Source of the DNA: Methanocaldococcus indicus
GTDB taxonomy: Archaea > AGJL01 > Methanococci > Methanococcales > Methanocaldococcaceae
Reading direction: 5' to 3'
Length of the DNA: 64,000 nt
Assembly: GCF_049554935.1 (NCBI RefSeq)
Contig: NZ_CP186926.1
Span: 672,001-736,000 of the forward strand
The notes under the pieces are model-generated. The model saw nothing but the letters and a program-made list of their open reading frames with translations. It searched no databases and was not told the DNA's origin. This document shows, one piece after another, positions 57,084 through 64,000 of this stretch; the stretch's first letter is position 1; every line of letters begins with the position of its first letter. The translations under genes and the position numbers were made by a program.

Positions 57084-59043
57084 AACTTTTAAGGAATTTA
57101 AAGAACATTCTGTTTCAGAATTTTTTAGAAAAAATAAACATATGCTTGGATACAGTGGAAAAATTAGAAGTTTAACAACTATTGTCCATGAGTTAGTTAC
57201 AAACAGTTTAGATGCATGTGAAGAAGCAGGAATTTTACCAGATATCAAAGTAGAAATAGAAAAGTTAGGAACAGACCATTACAAGGTAGTGGTTGAGGAT
57301 AATGGTCCAGGGATACCATTAGAATTTATCCCTAAAGTATTTGGAAAGATGTTGGCTGGAAGTAAGATGCATAGATTTATACAATCAAGAGGACAGCAAG
57401 GTATTGGAGCAGCTGGTGTTCTTTTATTCTCTCAAATGACTACTGGAAAGCCTTTGAAGATAACTACATCATTAGGAGATGGAGTTATTTATGAAGTTGA
57501 GGTAAAAATGGATGTTGAAAAGAATGAAGGTAAGATAGTTAGTAAAAAAGTTAAAAAAGGAAATTGGAGAGGAACAAGAGTAGAAGGTGAATTTAAGGAA
57601 GTATCATATAATAGAGGAGAGTATAGTGCTTATGAATATTTAAGAAGGATAAGTTTAGCTACACCACATGCAAAAATAATTTTAAAAGACCCTTATGGAA
57701 CAGTTGTATTTGATAGAGTTATCAATGAAATTCCAAAAAAACCAGAAGAGATGAAACCTCATCCTTATGGTTTAACTGTTGATGAACTTCTTTATATTTC
57801 AAGAAAAACAAAATCTAAAAAAGTTTCATCAATGTTAGTATCTGAACTATCAAGAGTCTCAACAAATAAGGTCAAAGAATTAAAAAAATATTTATTAAGA
57901 GACTTAATTGTCAAAAAATTTAAAAACTCATTATTCTGGGATAGAGTTATAAAATGTTATTTAAATGTAGATATAAATAAATATCTAAAAAAATATGCTC
58001 AATATATTTCAGATGATGAGATTAAGACAGTTAAAAATCTTATAAAAAATCTTCCAGATAGTTTAGATGAACTAAAAAAGTATATTTATAAATATATGAT
58101 AATGGATTACTTATTTTCAAAGTTATCTAAGGAAGATATAGAGAATATAAAAAATCATTTTAAGAAGATTCCAGATAACTTTATTGATTGGGCAGTTAAA
58201 AACTATTTATCTGCAACAGTTATTAATGAAATTGAGAAAAAACTAAGAAATATTGTTAAAAAACCAGATGAATTTTTAGAAGAAATTAAGAAGAAAAAAT
58301 TAATTTCAGATGAAGAAATCAAAAAATTTGAAAATGAAGTTGAAAACTTACTATCAAAGAATCCAAAAGAATTAACATGGGAAGAAGCTGAATTATTAGT
58401 TAATTCTCTCCAAAGTATGGAATTTTTAGCACCTCCAACATCTGGTTTAAGACCTATTGGAGCAGAGAATATAGAAAAATCTTTAAAAGAGTTCTTAAAG
58501 CCAGAATTTGTAAAGGCAATAACAAGAAAACCAAAGACATACAGTGGAATTCCATTTATTGTAGAGGTTGGTATAGCTTATGGGGGAAATGCTGGAAAAC
58601 AATCAGATTCTGGCAGGAAAATGGAAATTATGAGGTTTGCAAATCAGGTTCCTCTATTGTATGATGCATCTGCATGTGGTATAACTAAAGCTGTTAAGAG
58701 TATTAACTGGAAAAGATATGGAATAAAAGAAGATGCTCCAATAACAGTATTTGTCAATTTAGTATCAACATTCATTCCCTATACTTCTGCTGGAAAACAG
58801 GCAATAGCATGTAGTGAGACAGAAAATGAAGAAATATTTAATGAGATAAGACAGGCATTAATGATTTGTGCAAGAGATTTAGAGAAATACTTAGCAAGAA
58901 TTAGAAAAGAATTGGAAGAAGAGAAAAAAAGAAAATATGTAATAAAGTATGCTAAAATATTTGCAGAGGCATTGGCAAATATATTGAATAAACCTAAAGA
59001 AGAAATAGAAATGAAAGTTATTGAACTATTAAGTAAAGGATAA
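57076..59043 (+). CDS. top6B: DNA topoisomerase VI subunit B
   Basis: [29 protein letters not shown] motifs, RFANQVPLL and PYTSAGKQ. Confidence 0.97.
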   Translation: MSETFKEFKEHSVSEFFRKNKHMLGYSGKIRSLTTIVHELVTNSLDACEEAGILPDIKVEIEKLGTDHYKVVVEDNGPGIPLEFIPKVFGKMLAGSKMHRFIQSRGQQGIGAAGVLLFSQMTTGKPLKITTSLGDGVIYEVEVKMDVEKNEGKIVSKKVKKGNWRGTRVEGEFKEVSYNRGEYSAYEYLRRISLATPHAKIILKDPYGTVVFDRVINEIPKKPEEMKPHPYGLTVDELLYISRKTKSKKVSSMLVSELSRVSTNKVKELKKYLLRDLIVKKFKNSLFWDRVIKCYLNVDINKYLKKYAQYISDDEIKTVKNLIKNLPDSLDELKKYIYKYMIMDYLFSKLSKEDIENIKNHFKKIPDNFIDWAVKNYLSATVINEIEKKLRNIVKKPDEFLEEIKKKKLISDEEIKKFENEVENLLSKNPKELTWEEAELLVNSLQSMEFLAPPTSGLRPIGAENIEKSLKEFLKPEFVKAITRKPKTYSGIPFIVEVGIAYGGNAGKQSDSGRKMEIMRFANQVPLLYDASACGITKAVKSINWKRYGIKEDAPITVFVNLVSTFIPYTSAGKQAIACSETENEEIFNEIRQALMICARDLEKYLARIRKELEEEKKRKYVIKYAKIFAEALANILNKPKEEIEMKVIELLSKG

Positions 59044-59049
59044 AATTTT

Positions 59050-59817
59050 TTATTTTAGCATTTTTTTCCATACAAAATATTTCTTTTCTATGAATTTTAG
59101 GGCATAATCTAATATCAATCCTATGACTCCAATTACCACCATACATGCAACAACTACATCCATTCTACTTAGGGAATAGGCATACATAATTAAATAACCT
59201 AAACCTGAACTACTTCCTGGCAACATTTCAGCAGCAACTACACACATCCAAGCTATTCCAATCCCAATTCTTAATCCTGTTAATATATATGGAGAACTTG
59301 CTGGAATAACAACTTTTAGCAATATATCTTTTTCTTTAGCTCCTAATGTTAGAGCTGCCTCAATAAGTGAAATTGGAACACTTCTAACTCCTGCTATTGT
59401 ATTTATTAATATTGGGAAAAAAGCACCTATAAATATAATAAATATCATTGAGGTCTCTCCTAAACCAAACCAAGCCAATGAAATTGGGACCCAAGCTAAT
59501 GGAGGAATTGGCCTAATCAATTCTATAATGGTATCTAAAAAGCTATATACTAATTTATAATATCCCATTAAAATTCCTAAGGGAACAGCAACAAGTGAAG
59601 CTATTATAAACCCTGATAAAACTCTCTTTATACTAACTATTGTATTATCTATTAAACTTCCTGTCCCTAAAATTCCCTGATAAGGATGAAGAAGAACATT
59701 AACAACATCATAAACATGTGGCAATATCACTGGATTATTTATATATATAGCCAACAACTCCCAAACTCCTATTAAGAACAAAGGAGAAACTATTCTCAAA
59801 ATTTTCTCAATTTTCAT
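59050..59817 (-). CDS. ABC transporter permease (SsuC/TauC/NrtB type)
   Basis: RPIPPLAW, EAA..LGA (EAA loop) and W..VVAAEM...SGLGY. Confidence 0.9.
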   Translation of the reverse strand: MKIEKILRIVSPLFLIGVWELLAIYINNPVILPHVYDVVNVLLHPYQGILGTGSLIDNTIVSIKRVLSGFIIASLVAVPLGILMGYYKLVYSFLDTIIELIRPIPPLAWVPISLAWFGLGETSMIFIIFIGAFFPILINTIAGVRSVPISLIEAALTLGAKEKDILLKVVIPASSPYILTGLRIGIGIAWMCVVAAEMLPGSSSGLGYLIMYAYSLSRMDVVVACMVVIGVIGLILDYALKFIEKKYFVWKKMLK

Positions 59818-59823
59818 ACAGTA

Positions 59824-60684
59824 TCACAATTTAAATGTTCCACCTGAGACAGTAAAATATAGTTCTTCATTATTAATATTTTTTATTAAAAGTTTTGCTA
59901 AGGTAGGAATTGTATATAATTTATATACTGATGTGGTTATTCTTGGATTTATATCTACTATATGAATATCATCATTTACAACTACATCTACCCCAACATA
60001 TCCAAAGAGACCCTCTATATTTTTTAGACATTTCTCAACTTCTTTAAATATTTCCCCTTTTTTTGGATGATTAATATTTATCTCCCCACCTTTATATCCA
60101 CAATTGATAAATTGTCTATTTAAAGATAAAAAATAAATTTTATTTTTTCCTACTATTGAAGATACAGATAAGCTTTCACCCTCTACATACTCTTGAATAA
60201 TATAACTTTCATCAATAAATTTAAATTCACCACCACATCCGTCTCTCTTCTTTATTATATATCTACCCAACCAAGTTTTTGGAATATTTACAATATCTTT
60301 TAGTTTTTTATACATAAGATATTTATCTCCAGCTATTTTAATGGCTTTGGATGATGAACCTAAATTTTTTATTTTGTATTTTTCTAAGATTTTAGTTAAA
60401 TTGTATAGTATATTCTCCTCCTCAGGAGCTATAATTAAGGCATAATCAATATTATTCTCATTTAAAATATCCTCTAAAATTTTTTCAATATTTTCATTTC
60501 CTTCCACAATTTTTAAGTTTTTATTTTTTTTATATCTCTCAAAGAATCTTTTATGTAAAATAGTAATAACATCATCAATCTCCAAAAACTCTTTTAAAAG
60601 CTTAATATACATTAAAGTTCCTTCTTTTAATATACTTTCATTGTTAAAGTTAGTTGCTAATGCATACTCAAAAAATAGAATCAT
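59824..60684 (-). CDS. mfnD: Tyramine--L-glutamate ligase (methanofuran biosynthesis, ATP-grasp)
   Basis: FFEYA...EG..M, IAPE, GDK, K.RDGCGG, SLNRQ, GYVGVD and DINPR.TT. Confidence 0.8.
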   Translation of the reverse strand: MILFFEYALATNFNNESILKEGTLMYIKLLKEFLEIDDVITILHKRFFERYKKNKNLKIVEGNENIEKILEDILNENNIDYALIIAPEEENILYNLTKILEKYKIKNLGSSSKAIKIAGDKYLMYKKLKDIVNIPKTWLGRYIIKKRDGCGGEFKFIDESYIIQEYVEGESLSVSSIVGKNKIYFLSLNRQFINCGYKGGEININHPKKGEIFKEVEKCLKNIEGLFGYVGVDVVVNDDIHIVDINPRITTSVYKLYTIPTLAKLLIKNINNEELYFTVSGGTFKL

Positions 60685-60685
60685 T

Positions 60686-61525
60686 TTAACCAACCATCAA
60701 TAAAAGTTCTCTTGCAATCTTTGCAGCAGTTATTGATGTTATATTTGCTAAATCATATGTTGGAGAAACTTCAACAATATCAAAGCCAACAATATCCAAA
60801 TCTTTTAATAGATATAGAGAATCAAACAGCTCCCTTGTAGAGAAACCACATGGCTCTGGTGTTCCTGTTCCAGGAGCATAAGCTGGGTCTAATACATCAA
60901 TATCAATTGTAACATATATAGGGAGTTCTTTATCTTTTATTATTTCTAAATCTTCTTTTGATAATAGTGAAGATTTTAAATATATGTTGTTATTTTTAGC
61001 AAATAACCACTCTTCTCTATCTCCACTTCTTATGCCAAACTGATAAATATTTTTATTAATCTCATATATTCTTCTCATAACACATGCATGAGATAACTTA
61101 TTTCCTAAATATTCATTTCTTAAATCTGCATGGGCATCAAACTGTATAACAATAAACTCATTATATTTCCTTTTTAAAGCTCTAACTATTGGATAGGTTA
61201 TGGAATGCTCTCCTCCAAATATACAAAGTTTTTTATTATCCTCTAAAATTTTGAAAGTAGTTTCTTCAATAAACTTAAACATCTCTTCTTGATTTCCATA
61301 TAAATCTAAATCTTTTAAATCTACATAACTTATTTCTGTTAAATCTCTATCTAATATAGGACTATAACTTTCTAATCCCCAAGACGCTAATCTTATAGCA
61401 TTTCCTCCATCTCTTGAACCTGGTTTAAAAGAAGAGGTTCCATCATAAGGAACTGAAAAAATAACTATATCTGCTAAGTCATAATTGTCAGTTGATAGCA
61501 TAAACTTACTATAATCAATAAACAT
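60686..61525 (-). CDS. speB: Agmatinase
   Basis: [33 protein letters not shown] and [15 protein letters not shown]. Confidence 0.93.
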   Translation of the reverse strand: MFIDYSKFMLSTDNYDLADIVIFSVPYDGTSSFKPGSRDGGNAIRLASWGLESYSPILDRDLTEISYVDLKDLDLYGNQEEMFKFIEETTFKILEDNKKLCIFGGEHSITYPIVRALKRKYNEFIVIQFDAHADLRNEYLGNKLSHACVMRRIYEINKNIYQFGIRSGDREEWLFAKNNNIYLKSSLLSKEDLEIIKDKELPIYVTIDIDVLDPAYAPGTGTPEPCGFSTRELFDSLYLLKDLDIVGFDIVEVSPTYDLANITSITAAKIARELLLMVG

Positions 61526-61539
61526 CTCAATCCCAAAAA

Positions 61540-62199
61540 CTATTTTTTTAATTCTAACATCTCTATAATTTTCTTCATTTTTTCAATATCTATCTGTCCT
61601 GGGGCAGATGACTTACCTTTATATGATGAGAATGTTAATATTGAACCAAAATATGGAGCTAATATTCTTGTTAATTTTCCTTCTTCTCCCATTCCAATAG
61701 CAATAATCTTTCCTTTATATTCATAAGACAACTCTAAAATAGTTAATATATCTTTTTTATCATTAACTTTTGTAGCTATCTTAGCAATATCTCCAAAAGA
61801 TAAAGCATTATTTATTATTTCTTTTAATTTTTCTTTTTCAGGTGTTTCTTCAAAATTATGATATGACACAATAATCTTAGTCTTAGAATCTATTTTTTTC
61901 TTATAATCTACTAAAATAGGCAAATCAACATAATCATTTTCAACATCTACAAATTTTGCATTATTTCTTATTGCCTCAATTAAATATCCTGTTTTATTAC
62001 CTTCAAAATATCCTCCTTGTTCTTTACTTCTAATTGTTATTATTGATGGATACCTACAAAAATCTTTAATATCTTCAATCTTCAACTCTTTTAAATAATC
62101 TAATCTAAACTCAACCAAATCAGCCAACTCTAAATATTTTTCAGCTGTTTTTAATGCTGATTCTTTATCTTTCTCAATAACTGGGAGGCAAATCATCAT
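61540..62199 (-). CDS. aroD: 3-dehydroquinate dehydratase type I
   Basis: [32 protein letters not shown] and APGQ. Confidence 0.94.
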   Translation of the reverse strand: MMICLPVIEKDKESALKTAEKYLELADLVEFRLDYLKELKIEDIKDFCRYPSIITIRSKEQGGYFEGNKTGYLIEAIRNNAKFVDVENDYVDLPILVDYKKKIDSKTKIIVSYHNFEETPEKEKLKEIINNALSFGDIAKIATKVNDKKDILTILELSYEYKGKIIAIGMGEEGKLTRILAPYFGSILTFSSYKGKSSAPGQIDIEKMKKIIEMLELKK

Positions 62200-62283
62200 A
62201 TTACTATTACCTCCTTAAAATTAAAATATTTGAATAAAAAAGTAATAAGAATACTATAAAATTTAAAATCAAAAAAGATTAAG

Positions 62284-63678
62284 TTATTTTTTTCTGAATT
62301 TTGGATGATATTTCTTAATAAGTTCTTCATCAACTCTCTTTAATTCTTCTAATGGTAATATAGCCAACAACTCCCATAGTAAGTCTAATGTTTCTTCTAT
62401 ACTTCTATCTTCATCTCCTTGATTGACAAATCTTTTTTCAAATTCATCAGCAAATTTTAAGTATGCTTTATCTCTCTCAGTTAAAGCTTCTTCCCCAACA
62501 ACTGCTACTAAATCTCTTAAACTTCTACCTTCTGCATAAGCTGCATAAGCTTGATTTACTACTTTCTTATGGTCTTCTCTTGTTTTTCCAGGACCTTGAC
62601 CACTTCCTGCTAACCTTGACAATGATGGAAGAACATCAATTGGTGGATATATACCTTTTCTATGGAGTTCTCTTGATAAAACTATCTGTCCTTCTGTGAT
62701 ATATCCTGTTAAATCTGGAATTGGGTGAGTAATATCATCATCAGGCATTGTTAATATTGGAATTTGTGTTATAGTTCCTTTCTTATTCTTAACTCTTCCA
62801 GCTCTTTCATACAATGTAGCCAAGTCAGTATACATATAACCAGGATATCCTCTTCTACCAGGAACTTCATTTCTTGCTGCTGATATTTCTCTTAAAGCTT
62901 CACAGTAGTTGGTCATATCAGTTAATATAACAAGAACGTGCATATCTTTTTCAAATGCTAAATATTCTGCAACTGTTAATGCCATTCTTGGTGTTAAAAT
63001 TCTTTCAATTGCTGGGTCATTAGCTAAGTTAATGAAAACAACAGCTCTCTCTAATGCTCCTGTTCTTCTAAACTCTTCCATAAAGAAGTTTGCTTCTTCT
63101 GATGTTATACCCATAGCTGCAAAGACAACAGCAAACTGTTCTCCTTCTCCTCTAACTTTTGCCTGTCTTGCAATTTGGGCAGCTAATTGATTGTGTGGTA
63201 ATCCTGAACCAGAGAATATAGGTAATTTTTGACCTCTAACTAATGTATTCATCCCATCAATTGTAGATATCCCTGTTTGTATAAAATCTTCTGGGAACTT
63301 TCTTGAAACTGGATTTAAAGGATAACCATTAATATCCAACTCTTTTTCTGGAACTATCTCTGGTCCTCCATCAATTGGCTTACCTCTACCATTAAAAATT
63401 CTACCTAACATATCTAATGAAACTCCTAACTTAGCTGTCTTTCCAGTAAATCTTACTTTTGTATTATTTGTATTCAAACCTGTTGTTCCTTCAAAAACTT
63501 GGACAACTGCTAAACCTTCTCTTGCCTCTAAAACTTGTCCCATTCTTTTCTCTCCATCAGGACATATAACCTCAACTATCTCCCCATAAGCTGCTCCTTC
63601 TACTCCTTCAACAACTAACAAAGGTCCTGCAATACTCTTAACTGATGTGTATTCAATAGCATCTCTTGATACAGCCAT
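62284..63678 (-). CDS. atpB: A1AO ATP synthase subunit B
   Basis: [30 protein letters not shown] and [15 protein letters not shown]. Confidence 0.98.
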   Translation of the reverse strand: MAVSRDAIEYTSVKSIAGPLLVVEGVEGAAYGEIVEVICPDGEKRMGQVLEAREGLAVVQVFEGTTGLNTNNTKVRFTGKTAKLGVSLDMLGRIFNGRGKPIDGGPEIVPEKELDINGYPLNPVSRKFPEDFIQTGISTIDGMNTLVRGQKLPIFSGSGLPHNQLAAQIARQAKVRGEGEQFAVVFAAMGITSEEANFFMEEFRRTGALERAVVFINLANDPAIERILTPRMALTVAEYLAFEKDMHVLVILTDMTNYCEALREISAARNEVPGRRGYPGYMYTDLATLYERAGRVKNKKGTITQIPILTMPDDDITHPIPDLTGYITEGQIVLSRELHRKGIYPPIDVLPSLSRLAGSGQGPGKTREDHKKVVNQAYAAYAEGRSLRDLVAVVGEEALTERDKAYLKFADEFEKRFVNQGDEDRSIEETLDLLWELLAILPLEELKRVDEELIKKYHPKFRKK

Positions 63679-63703
63679 TATTTATCACCTTAAAAAATTT
63701 TAT

Positions 63704-64000
63704 TTAATTTAAGGAGGAGAGCTCTTTTTTAATTTTCTCAATTATTTCTTTTGCTTTTACATTTATAAATTCTTCATGAGGCATATACTTCATTTTAGCA
63801 ATATCTTGTTTTACTGAAACACTTAATATCTTAGCTGGCTCAACTCCTCTCTCAACAGCTTTTAAAGCTTCATGATAGAATGTCATAATTATCTTTAACA
63901 TTAAGTACTGTTTCATTGGAGGACAATAAGTGTCTATTTCATCAAATGCATCTTGTTGTAAGAAATCCTCTCTTAACATTCTTGCAACTTCTAATATAAC
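63704..64000 (-). CDS. atpA: A1AO ATP synthase subunit A, C-terminal part (5' end outside window)
   Basis: [26 protein letters not shown], directly upstream of atpB. Confidence 0.93.
   Translation of the reverse strand, partial: VILEVARMLREDFLQQDAFDEIDTYCPPMKQYLMLKIIMTFYHEALKAVERGVEPAKILSVSVKQDIAKMKYMPHEEFINVKAKEIIEKIKKELSSLN

Noticed and set aside
57880-58350. Possible intein in top6B (atpB, valS and pan also inspected)
   Set aside because: No intein splice-junction or LAGLIDADG motifs seen. The other proteins have normal lengths.

Overview
AT-rich, very gene-dense chromosomal segment of a hyperthermophilic methanogen. Gene content, GGTGA ribosome-binding sites, very GC-rich rRNA and a type M RNase P RNA point to Methanococcales, most likely Methanocaldococcus. 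It holds about 58 mostly housekeeping or methanogen-specific CDSs: hcgG, S-layer, hypBD, valS, aspS, lipid enzymes (GGGPS, DGGGPS, CarS), scattered Ehb subunits, tgtA, RaSEA, nikR, connectase, minD, cofE, mfnD, pan, top6B and atpAB. There is one complete 16S-tRNA-Ala-23S-5S operon with bulge-helix-bulge processing stems, immediately followed by rnpB. No CRISPR array, IS element, integrase, intein or rRNA intron was seen. Best leads: (1) a 54-bp near-perfect direct repeat containing a BRE/TATA promoter that brackets an OsmC/PLDc_N/DUF166 cassette and also precedes a ferredoxin; (2) a FIST-HTH one-component regulator divergent from a non-canonical KamA-like aminomutase; (3) a TusA-TusA-DsrE operon with an operator-like inverted repeat; (4) a DUF2098 protein with an acidic CGAG tail coupled to a SelA-like PLP enzyme; (5) a domain-permuted CobB/CobQ-like amidotransferase next to methanogenesis marker 5; (6) a connectase-MinD operon with an untracked 59-aa ORF. 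All family calls come from motif recognition and memory, not from database searches.
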